Shown piece after piece: positions 1 through 9,852 of a stretch of DNA of 32,979 bases. Position 1 is the first letter of the stretch; each line of letters begins with the position of its first letter. This stretch comes from Octopus bimaculoides (Eukaryota). The translations under genes were made by a program, and so were the position numbers. The notes below the pieces were generated by a model that was given only the letters and a program-made list of their open reading frames with translations, made no database searches and was not told where the DNA came from. Location of the stretch: positions 22,816,519-22,849,497 of the forward strand of contig NC_068993.1 in the NCBI RefSeq assembly GCF_001194135.2, read 5' to 3'.

Positions 1-50
<50 letters not shown>
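1..50. repeat. (TG)n microsatellite
   Basis: Pure TG dinucleotide run seen directly. Confidence 0.99.
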
Positions 51-52
<2 letters not shown>

Positions 53-196
53 TAAGAGAAAAAATACACTAACAGAAAGGTATGCTATTAAAGTATCGTT
101 TAAGAAGCCTTTTTAAATGAAATCCCTTACACACACGTGCATATTACACGTACTGAGAAACACATACACACTCAGCGTAACGATACGTAGAGATAT

Positions 197-225
197 GTAC
201 ACACACACACACACATACATACATA

Positions 226-276
<51 letters not shown>
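197..276. repeat. Compound (CA)n/(TG)n microsatellite
   Basis: CA run followed by a long TG run. Confidence 0.95.
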
Positions 277-279
<3 letters not shown>

Positions 280-326
280 AAGCAATAATAAATCTCTGAG
301 CGAGATATAAACAGTAGCAGCACGAC

Positions 327-704
327 ATCATGAAGTATATTTGCCAACTAAATGTGGCTGATCCATATGGGACGATGGTACTGTAGATTATAGCCCCAGG
401 AAGACTTCTCCTCCAGCTGGCTCATGTCACTGGAAGAAGCATATATATTTGTAATGGAAATATCACTTCTCATCCCTAGCTGGTGATTGTCATGCGTAGA
501 TGACGGGTTTACTACCCAGAAACTCGGGTCCGTGTATCAAATCAGGCTAGAGGTGGGAACGATGATTTCCCTTTGCAATTACAGATAGGGCACAGACAGT
601 GTGTCATTAGACAGCTGGAGGAGATGTCTTCCAGGGTCTATAATGTACAGTAGCATCGTCCCATATGGGTCAGCCACATTTAGGTGGCAAATATACTTCA
701 TGAT
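327..704. mobile_element. Fold-back / MITE-like element with ~93 bp terminal inverted repeats
   Basis: 327-419 (ATCATGAAGTATATTTGCC...CTCCAGCTG) is a close reverse complement of 612-704. Weaker inverted similarity continues inward. No coding capacity. Confidence 0.75.
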
Positions 705-707
705 ATA

Positions 708-743
<36 letters not shown>

Positions 744-1260
744 NNNNNNNNNNNNNNNNNNNNNNNNNNNNNNNNNNNNNNNNNNNNNNNNNNNNNNNNN
801 NNNNNNNNNNNNNNNNNNNNNNNNNNNNNNNNNNNNNNNNNNNNNNNNNNNNNNNNNNNNNNNNNNNNNNNNNNNNNNNNNNNNNNNNNNNNNNNNNNNN
901 NNNNNNNNNNNNNNNNNNNNNNNNNNNNNNNNNNNNNNNNNNNNNNNNNNNNNNNNNNNNNNNNNNNNNNNNNNNNNNNNNNNNNNNNNNNNNNNNNNNN
1001 NNNNNNNNNNNNNNNNNNNNNNNNNNNNNNNNNNNNNNNNNNNNNNNNNNNNNNNNNNNNNNNNNNNNNNNNNNNNNNNNNNNNNNNNNNNNNNNNNNNN
1101 NNNNNNNNNNNNNNNNNNNNNNNNNNNNNNNNNNNNNNNNNNNNNNNNNNNNNNNNNNNNNNNNNNNNNNNNNNNNNNNNNNNNNNNNNNNNNNNNNNNN
1201 NNNNNNNNNNNNNNNNNNNNNNNNNNNNNNNNNNNNNNNNNNNNNNNNNNNNNNNNNNNN
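744..1260. other. Assembly gap (N-run) after (AT)n
   Basis: N characters. Confidence 1.
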
Positions 1261-1572
1261 NAACAACAAAGGATTTTATATATATATAGATAATAAAATA
1301 AAATTTATTTACATATATATTAAGCTGTGAAACAATTGTCATAAAATAAGAATTTCCAATGGTAAAATAAATCTTATCACTGTATATTTCTCTCATTATT
1401 TATAATTTTATACACCACTTATGTCTTTCTTTTGTATTGCACTATATATTCTATATATTGTTTAGAATGACGCATTGAAGAGCTTTTTTTATTTTTTATT
1501 TTTTCATGAGTACCACCAAATTAGCTGAATCCCATATATCGTAGCTGAAATTTATATATCATTTAGCTGTTA

Positions 1573-1796
1573 TTCATTTCAGTCATTTGACCGCTGCCAT
1601 CCTGGGGCACCGCCTTGAAAGGTTTTAGTCGAACAAATCGATTCTAGAACTTGCTATTTTTGACGCCTAGTTTTTATTCTATCGGCGTGTTTTGTCGAAG
1701 CTCTAACTTATGGGGACGTAAACACACCAACGCCTGTTGCCAAGCGGTGATAGGGAGGGCGAACAGAGACACAGAGACACAAACATATAAGATACC

Positions 1797-1840
<44 letters not shown>

Positions 1841-1890
1841 CGGGCTTCTTTCAGTTTCCATCCACCAAATCCATTCAGAAGGATTTGGTT
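1573..1890 (-). mobile_element. CORE-like tRNA SINE (family A), 5'-truncated, reverse orientation
   Basis: Reverse complement matches the middle and 3' part of the copy at 1896-2300 and includes the internal (TA)n tract at 1801-1838. Confidence 0.9.
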
Positions 1891-1895
1891 ATATA

Positions 1896-2300
1896 GGCGT
1901 AGGAGTGGTTGTGTGGTAAGTAACTTGCTAACGAACCACATGGTTCCGGGTTCATTCCCACTGCGTGGCACCTTGGGCAAGTGTCTTGTACTATAGCCTC
2001 AGGCCGACCAAAGCCTTGTCAGTGGATTTGGTTGAAGGAAACTGAAAGAAGCTCGTCGTATATATGTATATATATGTATATGTATGTGTGTGTGTATATG
2101 TTTGTGTGTCCGTGTTTGTCCCCCCAGCATCGCTTGACAACCGATGGTGGTGTGTTTACGTCGCCGTAACTTAGCGGTTCGGCAAAAGAGACCGATAGAA
2201 TAAGTACTAGGCTTACAAAGAATAAGTCCTGGGGTCGAATTGCTCGACTAAAGGCTGTGCTCCAGCATGGCCACAGTCAAATGACTGAAACAGGTAAAAG
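1896..2300 (+). mobile_element. CORE-like tRNA SINE (family A), near full length
   Basis: A-box-like TGGTTGTGTGGT and B-box-like GGTTCATTCCC, CORE-like GTGGCACCTTGGGCAAGTGTCTT, internal TA/TG microsatellite, 3' tail GACTGAAACAGGTAAAAG. Multiple related copies in the window. Confidence 0.92.

Positions 2301-2302
<2 letters not shown>

Positions 2303-2349
<47 letters not shown>
2303..2349. repeat. (AT)n microsatellite
   Basis: Seen directly. Confidence 0.98.
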
Positions 2350-2355
<6 letters not shown>

Positions 2356-2463
2356 CACGCACGCACACACATATACAATCATCTACAGACATACGCTCTC
2401 TTTCACATAGACAAATGCACAGATGCAGATACAAGCACACATTCACACATGCATGCAAGGAGA

Positions 2464-2563
2464 NNNNNNNNNNNNNNNNNNNNNNNNNNNNNNNNNNNNN
2501 NNNNNNNNNNNNNNNNNNNNNNNNNNNNNNNNNNNNNNNNNNNNNNNNNNNNNNNNNNNNNNN
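2464..2563. other. Assembly gap (100 N)
   Basis: N characters. Confidence 1.
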
Positions 2564-2610
2564 TCATACACACATACATCATACACACATACATCATACA
2601 CACATACATC
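2564..2610. repeat. 15-bp tandem repeat (ATACACACATACATC) x~3, running into the gap
   Basis: Three exact units seen. Confidence 0.9.
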
Positions 2611-3213
2611 AGAGTTTCCTCCACTTAATTCCTGTGATGTTGGTTGAACCGATGCTGTAATAGAGGTCACGAGGCTGAATTGTCGAACCCAGAACCACGT
2701 GGCAATGATAAGTACTTTTAAGTTGTCCAGCTCTGTACAATTTCATTAATGCACAAAATAAATTGAACTAGATTACACAAAAAATAATTTTTTCTCTACA
2801 CACTTAATTTGTATAAAATTACTGCACTTTTATGACATGTCACATATGACCGCATGAGTTTGTGTTGCAATTTCGTTTTCCATGTTGCTATTTTATATTT
2901 CATATGAATTGTAGCTTTATTAGTGCATGTTCTAGGTAATATATGAATACGCTGAAGAGAACTAAAAACAAATGAATGAAAAATAGTATCTTTATCTCAT
3001 TACTTGCATAAATTGTTTGAAATATGTACTTCTTACATTGAATAGTTCCTTTCTAAATGACTGTAATTTGGAGCAACTAAGAAATATAAATATTGAAGCA
3101 GCTAAGAAGTATAAAGACGTATAAATGTTCATAACGGCTACGTAATAGTTTTTATTTAATATGGCGTGTATTTTGATGCGCATACAACGTAAATATTGGG
3201 AGTATTAATGCAC

Positions 3214-3343
3214 GTAATGAGGCGAGCTGGCAGAATTGTTTGCTGGCCGGACAAAATGCTTAGTGGCATTTCGTCCGTGGAGTCGATGTAATCGACGTAC
3301 CCCTCCTCCAAATTTCAGGCCTTGTGCATATAGTAGAAAGTAT
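3214..3343 (+). mobile_element. tRNA SINE (family B), internally deleted, with 11-bp TSD
   Basis: Head GGCGAGCTGGCAGAAT and tail AAATTTCAGGCCTTGTGC...AGAAAG match the 11967-12199 copy. TATTAATGCAC flanks it at 3203-3213 and 3344-3354. Confidence 0.9.
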
Positions 3344-3956
3344 TATTAATGCACCTCCTTCTTTTGTTTTATTTGCTCGTTTAAGAGATCCTTTGGGACC
3401 CTTTAATAATACGTTACTTTTGATTATGCCTTAAATCTCAATCCTTCAAAGTAGTATCTATAAAATATACATGAAACCTGTCTAATTATTTGACATTTAC
3501 AGAAATATATACTGTACACAAAATGAATGCAAATACAATTTTAGCGCGTGGATATATTGGATGACTGAATAAGAGTGGGATGTAGAAAAAAAGTACTAGA
3601 TATGTGATTCTTCTGCATCAGCATGTATATTTTTTTGCTACAATTCATTACAAACTTATCGTCTGCATCAAATCGACCTCTAGATATCACCACCGTTTTA
3701 ATATATTGTTTTGCCTTTAATTCGCTTTAGCAGTTATCTTCAACTACTTTTAATCGATCTGTTGTTAAGACCGTTTATAATAATATTAATATATTTCAGT
3801 TTTGGTGTTGGGGTAAACATACAATATAATAGTGAATTATTTGAGAAAGATTATTATCAATTTACCATAGAAAATTATGCGTGAATGAATTTTTTCTTTT
3901 TCTGTTTTCTTAGATATAAATCCTAACACATACATAAGCAGAAGCACATATAGCCA

Positions 3957-4086
3957 CGTGCGCGCGCGAACACACACACGCACGCACACACACGCACGCA
4001 CACAACACACATGCGTACACATACATTTGAGCACATAAACAGTGAGAGGCAAAGAAGGAGAGAGAGAGGGAGAGAGAGAGAGAGAG
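3957..4086. repeat. Compound CG/CA and (AG)n microsatellites
   Basis: Seen directly. Confidence 0.9.
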
Positions 4087-4260
4087 AAAGCACCCGGAGA
4101 AACACATACATAATATATATCCACATAGTTCAATCGATAGATATCTAGATAGAACACATGTTTATAAATTCAGACAACGAAATAGAATAACCCTAACATA
4201 CATCAAACACAATGAATAGATATACACTGATATGACAAAAGTATAACTGGAAAGGGTTAC

Positions 4261-4406
4261 CTAAAATAGTTTTCTTCAATATTCTCGAATTTTCCATAAC
4301 AACGTCTTTCCAAGTTTTGATAGTTATTCCCAATACCATTGAATTACGAGCCGTGTCCTTATTGAATTTCCTCAAAGACGCCGTTAGATGTTTCTTTCGG
4401 CGGCTC
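4261..4406 (-). CDS. Candidate internal exon of an unidentified gene (SRRKKHLTASLRKFNKDTARNSMVLGITIKTWKDVVMENSRILKKTIL)
   Basis: Minus-strand acceptor gatattttacag| and donor G|gtaacc. 146 nt, open in the phase 2 to phase 1 frame, visibly less AT-rich than its flanks. No homology recognised. Confidence 0.4.
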
Positions 4407-4574
4407 CTGTAAAATATCACTTAGACATGTCCATTCCTGATCTAAAACGGAATATTTAAACTTTCATTTTAACAATCGAATTTTATCAAATCTTTCTCCA
4501 TAGTACTATGTATCTTGTTCAGAAACAACGCAAAACATTTTCTAGGCTATCATGCAAATGTACGATACAAAACA

Positions 4575-5285
4575 TAGATATGGTAAGAGGCTTGCTTCCC
4601 ATCCACATGATATAAGGCTCAGTCCCACTGTGTGGCACCTTCAGCAAGTTTCTTCTACTGTAGCCTCAAGCTAAGAAAAGCCTTGTGAGTGGATTTGGTA
4701 GACGGAAACTGGAAGAAGTCCGTCGTGTGTGTGTGTGTGTGTATTTGTATATATATATGTATATTTCTATGTGTGTGTATATATAAATATGTATATGTAC
4801 ATATTTATATATGTATATATATANNNNNNNNNNNNNNNNNNNNNNNNNNNNNNNNNNNNNNNNNNNNNNNNNNNNNNNNNNNNNNNNNNNNNNNNNNNNN
4901 NNNNNNNNNNNNNNNNNNNNNNNNNNNNNNNNNNNNNNNNNNNNNNNNNNNNNNNNNNNNNNNNNNNNNNNNNNNNNNNNNNNNNNNNNNNNNNNNNNNN
5001 NNNNNNNNNNNNNNNNNNNNNNNNNNNNNNNNNNNNNNNNNNNNNTATATATATATATATGGGGGGGGGTGCATGTGTGTTTGTGCTTGTGTTTTTACTC
5101 TTCACCGCTTGACAACTAGCGCTGGTGTGCTTATGTACCCGTAACAGAAAGAGGCCGATAGAATATGTACCAGGCTTAAAAGAAAGAGGGAAGTGCTGTT
5201 GTCGATTCATTCGGCTAAAAATTCTTCAAGACAGTGCCCCAGCATGGCCACACTCAAACGACTGAAAGAAGCAAAAGATAAAAAG
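4575..5285 (+). mobile_element. CORE-like SINE (family A) with an assembly gap in its internal microsatellite
   Basis: CCACTGTGTGGCACCTTCAGCAAG, GCCTTGTGAGTGGATTTGGTAGACGGAAACTG, then TG/TA tract plus Ns (4824-5045), then the 3' half CGCTTGACAAC...CCCCAGCATGGCCAC. Confidence 0.88.
4824..5045. other. Assembly gap (N-run) inside SINE microsatellite
   Basis: N characters. Confidence 1.
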
Positions 5286-5694
5286 GTAAAAATTTGAAAT
5301 TGATTATCCCTCAACTAGTGTCATTTATCTCACACGTCCAACTCCATATAGAGCGAGTAGGAAGCTCTAACCGGTTGCTCAGACTTCTTGAAATAATTAC
5401 TAAATGTCACACAACTCACACTGGATCAATTTAGATATGAAGAACCTGGATAATGAAGTCTAATTTCTACGGTATTCTGCAAATAAGACGAGCTGGTGAT
5501 GATGGAACGCTATTGGTCACAGGTCAACTTGATCAGAGTAGACCTGAATTAAACTACAAATAACCATCAATTCCAACGTCTTAAACATGTTACATCTACT
5601 GAAAATAATAACGTTGTTGTTGAATGATATGCATTATATGAATAGTTTGTACAATATTTATTACACATAGAACAAAATGGAAAATGACTCACAA

Positions 5695-5702
<8 letters not shown>

Positions 5703-5732
<30 letters not shown>

Positions 5733-5752
5733 ATGCGTGTGTGTGTGTGTGT
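5703..5752. repeat. (TG)n microsatellite
   Basis: Seen directly. Confidence 0.95.
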
Positions 5753-6061
5753 AGCGTTATCATGAAGTTAAATATTTTACCGAAAGAAACAATATTTTTG
5801 TACAAGCAATCACAAATTGATCCATTATGGATAATACATTTTCCACAGCAAATTACGAGACATATAAAAAATACTGGCTCATAAACACAATGAAAGAAGT
5901 CAAATTTTTTGTGTAGTTTCATTAAGAAGAACACAAAATAAAGTTTTTATTTAAATAGCATTGCCTAAAGCACCATCCTAGTAAAAGACAATATCTTTCC
6001 CATTCACTCCAGAGACATCTCTCATTCCCAATAGCGATTACGTCAATGGAGTCTCTATTTC

Positions 6062-6090
6062 AATAAATAAATAAATAAATAAATAAATAA
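6062..6090. repeat. (AAAT)n microsatellite
   Basis: Seen directly. Confidence 0.95.
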
Positions 6091-7485
6091 AATATATAAA
6101 ACGGCTTGGATGCTAGGATTGAACAAGTACAGTGGAACTGGTATTCGATAGACTGGGTGGTGGGGGTATGTATTGTATTTAGTTTTTCAGCCCTACTGTC
6201 CAAGGAGTGTAGATATGCTAAATCAAGAATGATTTGGAGGCTACTCAATATTATAAACATAGCGTATATAATCCACCCAAGTTGGTGTTTCTGTATTTTG
6301 GCCGTAACTTAAAATTATAGTATACTGAATTCTTTTCCTATTAAACATATTTGCTAAATTTTTACTGTCTAACGTTATATGCTTATAAAATATAATTCCC
6401 TATTAACCTTAACATTAGGTATGAAACGTATTTGATATTTACATCTACTCTATATTTTGAACTGCAAAACCACAATCATTACCAAATGTTTTATATAACT
6501 AGATTTTAGACACTGCCAGACAAGATACGAGCTAGAAACCTTTATTTCTAATGGTTTATAACATTATTATCCAGTAGATCATTAACGACTGTTTGACTTC
6601 TGATGATGACTTGAGATCAAACTATTGAAGCATAGTGTAGATGTAATTCTTAAGAAATATTTTATCTAAAAACATGTGGTTAGGAATTCTAAAAAATCTG
6701 CAGAAGTATTTTTGGTTTTCGAATATCATCTGAATATCTCCACTAGTTTTCTACTCACGAAGCAATAACACTGACCAAATCATCAACTTTCTAAATAATC
6801 TTATCTGAAATCGGACATTTAATCAACTATTATCGAATCTGTTCCAAGTGAATTAAATAACTAGTGCTATTTAAAGATCCTATAAATAACTTTCGACACG
6901 TGAGTCAGCTAATACTTCAAATCAAGTATATATTTGGAAATCTGCTAGTTTTAAGCGAAGCACCAAACAGATTTGCCTACATAGTGACCCTTTTGGAACA
7001 GCAAAACAGATGCTTGAAATAATGCTCCTCGATATATTTATACTCGTTTATCCTTCAAACAAAGCCCCTCAACCAAACTTCAAGTAGTTTACTTTCAGCT
7101 GTGATACAGCAATACAGATGAAGTCAACTACTACAACCAATCATAAGATGAATAATCAACATTACAACACCAACTAGATGGACCTAATGATAATTTGTGA
7201 AGAGAATTTCTTTTATTTGTGAAGAGTTTTTAATCCCATAATATTGTTCCGCATAAAACTGATTCACTTTCTTTTGCAAGTTTTTAGGTACAACTACAAA
7301 ATGCACAAATCTAACAAAACATCTCCAATATGTTTCACTGTCTCGCAACCGTCAACACATCAAAGATAATATCAGAAGACATACAAGAAAGAGCTGCTAC
7401 ATCTCATTCAGATCAGGTCCTATAATACTCCGAACAGGAAGATATTTAATAAAGTGTTTCTTAAACACTACGCCATATGCCTACG

Positions 7486-7700
7486 GGCATATGGCGTCGT
7501 GGTTAAGAGCGCGGGCTACCAACCCCTAGATTCCGAGTTCAACTAATAATAATGATATCGAAAAATACCTGAGGAATGAGAACCTAGGTTCGAAATTCCC
7601 CCAAGATACCTGATGAAAGCTGGAGGGTATATTAGCCGAAATGTTATGTTAGCAACAAACAAGATGAGGACAAATATCCATCAAATGTAAATAATGTAAA
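7486..7700 (+). mobile_element. tRNA-headed SINE (family C) with a hammerhead-ribozyme-like 3' module
   Basis: tRNA-like head GGCATATGGCGTCGTGGTTAAGAGCGCGGGCT...GAGTTCAA, short (AAT)n, then CTGATGA (7610-7616), a hairpin and GAAA (7638-7641). Confidence 0.7.
7605..7650 (+). ncRNA. Degenerate minimal type I hammerhead ribozyme motif
   Basis: GATAC-CTGATGA-A-[AGCTGG..TTAGCC stem II]-GAAA-TG-TT-ATGTT. Core residues are present. Stem I has one mismatch and two G-U pairs, and helix III is essentially absent. Confidence 0.5.
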
Positions 7701-8329
7701 CAATGTTTCTATATGTGTTACACTTAAAAATAAAACGAAATGGCCACGATCATGTTGGCAAAGACAATATGCCCGATCAGGGCTCCCTGAGAAATAACAG
7801 TAAACATGTATATATATATTCAAGTGTAAAACTGTGATTACACCAATATAAGTTGAACGACTTCAGTTGCATTACTAACATTTTGACGAAACAACAAATT
7901 TACCGCGTCGAAACCGTATCAAGTCAGCGTGAAAGACATTATCAGACGAAGTGTTGTACAAGCAAAAGTTTTAGGTAAAAATAGAGATCGTACTATAGGT
8001 ACAGAGAAGTACTCATGCTTTACATAAAGGGGTTGCCATAGTGAGTTCTACACCTAATCTGTCGTAAGTTTTAATACCACCACTTCATTTGTGGATGACA
8101 TTAGTGGAGGTTGCTAGTCATTTGAAAGGAATGACGTCAGATCTTTGGTCACAGATATTATTGATTCCTAAATCACACACACAGAGATAGAGAAAGTCAG
8201 ACACATGTGCGCGCGCAAGCGCAAACACACACATACACACATTGGGAGAATTTAGAAGCTTCGAAATAGTTCAAGTATACTATTTACTGTGGAACTCAAA
8301 GTAGAAACAACTTAAATGATCCTGTGTAG

Positions 8330-8535
8330 AATATTTGCTTGAAACCTCTTGGACAGAAAATGACTTGAACGCTCTTCGTGCGACTCAGGCCAATGTCTCC
8401 TGCGATCACGACAGACATGATAAACATTACATCCAAGAAACACGTCAAATTTTTTGCAAGCCAAACACTAGGGTCGATGAAATTGACGGAAACCCCAACC
8501 AGTTTAATAACCTTGCGCCAAAATCTGATAAGCCA
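8330..8535 (+). CDS. Candidate exon (YLLETSWTENDLNALRATQANVSCDHDRHDKHYIQETRQIFCKPNTRVDEIDGNPNQFNNLAPKSDKP)
   Basis: Open frame with protein-like composition and less AT-rich than its flanks. Strong donor CCA|gtaagc, weak acceptor tgtgtag|. No family recognised. Confidence 0.35.
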
Positions 8536-8680
8536 GTAAGCTGAAGACACAAGCACACTCTACCAGCACAACTGAAAAATAGCTTTATAACTTTTTTAGA
8601 ATAACTTTCTAAAACCTCGGAATGTCCATAAATATCTACAAATATTCAAAATTTCCTTCAACATAATTCTATGTTTCAAG

Positions 8681-8880
8681 CGTTCGACGTGAATCAACGA
8701 GTTCCCCGAGAAGAATGGTTAAATCTGAAATCACCGCCAAACAGGATGTTAGAAACCGCAGAAAAAGGAAAGAAAACTAGTTTTTTTCAAGTCAAGGATT
8801 TTTTTTATGTGCGGAACGTTACTGCTGCAAGTTACATTACCACAAAAGCATATGCGGAGGAAAAAAAATTTAAGGAACAA
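8681..8880 (+). CDS. Candidate exon (FDVNQRVPREEWLNLKSPPNRMLETAEKGKK...EEKKFKEQ)
   Basis: Acceptor ttctatgtttcaag|, donor CAA|gtgaga, open frame. Its phase does not join directly to 8330-8535. Confidence 0.25.
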
Positions 8881-9319
8881 GTGAGACTATTATATCCCTA
8901 TAAATGCTATAAGTTCAGACATTAATTACGTACGTATTCCCATCTCTACACAAACATAAACTCCTGTTTGTGCAAGTCACACACAAATAAAACAAATATC
9001 TATCATACGGTATTTAAACTAGTTAAATAAATAAAATCATTGGTGCTGACAATATTGATGAATAGTATTTCCCGTTGCTGCCCTCGAGCTGAGCAATATC
9101 TTGCACGGAGAAATGAAAGCAAAGGTAATCACTGCATATTTGAATCGCATCTAACTTCTATTTATTCGAAACTCTACGCAAGGAACTTTGTGACTGTCAT
9201 CAACAAACGGACTGCTGCTGTAATCCGCTATAATGCGCCCATTTTGAAATGGACACGAGCGTAGATTGACCAATTCGATCACACTACCCGAAACAGATGA
9301 CAATGCATAGTGCTCTCCA

Positions 9320-9630
9320 TCCTAAGATGAACGTACACAGGCTCCACTTATGTTGTTTGTCTTTCCTACTGCCTGCTCTTTCTTTTCCAGTTCTCTTGTG
9401 ATCTCATCTACCTCCAACTCTGTCATCCACTTTCTTCTCCCAATAGTATTAGCTCGATCAACTGATCTCTACTCAGTCATTTTAAACACACCCTTCTCTA
9501 CTCAAAGTGTGAACATCCGTTTTATTATAGCTCCTTCACTTTCTAAGTTGCACTGCATCACCATCTTGTTTTCTACGCTGGTTCACTTTCTCTACCTTGC
9601 TCTATTGTCTGCTGATGAAGTATTAGGATA
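9320..9630 (-). mobile_element. Highly degenerate LINE-like fragment (possibly endonuclease N-terminal region)
   Basis: Strong strand-skewed purine composition like the neighbouring LINE, with faint 'VHTLSREG' and 'KRTGKE' remnants and many stops. Confidence 0.3.
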
Positions 9631-9718
9631 ACAGCCATGGTCAGTCTGTATCTTTACTGAACCACCGCCGAGAGGACTTCCCTTAATGGTCCAGACTCAT
9701 TTTCATTCTTACAATCAG

Positions 9719-9752
9719 ATTTTCTTCGGAAACTCCTGTCTCATAAAGTGAG
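9719..9752 (+). CDS. Candidate 34-nt microexon ((D/N/H/Y)FLRKLLSHKV)
   Basis: Acceptor cattttcattcttacaatcag|, donor GAG|gtaagg, only one open frame. Confidence 0.3.
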
Positions 9753-9816
9753 GTAAGGTAACGCTCGTCACCATCGTCATCACCACTATTAATTTTCGAC
9801 ATCTGAAAGTTTCAAA

Positions 9817-9852
9817 CAACTTTCTATTGTATAATAATACAATAGAAAGTTG
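9817..9852. repeat. Perfect 16-bp inverted repeat with 4-nt spacer
   Basis: CAACTTTCTATTGTAT-AATA-ATACAATAGAAAGTTG. Confidence 0.95.

Noticed and set aside
5330-5590. Possible additional degenerate repeat family
   Set aside because: It resembles an octopus repeat from memory only, has no second copy in the window, and its boundaries cannot be supported.
8296-8556. Minus-strand 86-aa ORF as a membrane protein
   Set aside because: It overlaps the more protein-like plus-strand frame and has no ATG start, and its hydrophobicity is what the antisense of a hydrophilic frame tends to give. Not fully excluded.
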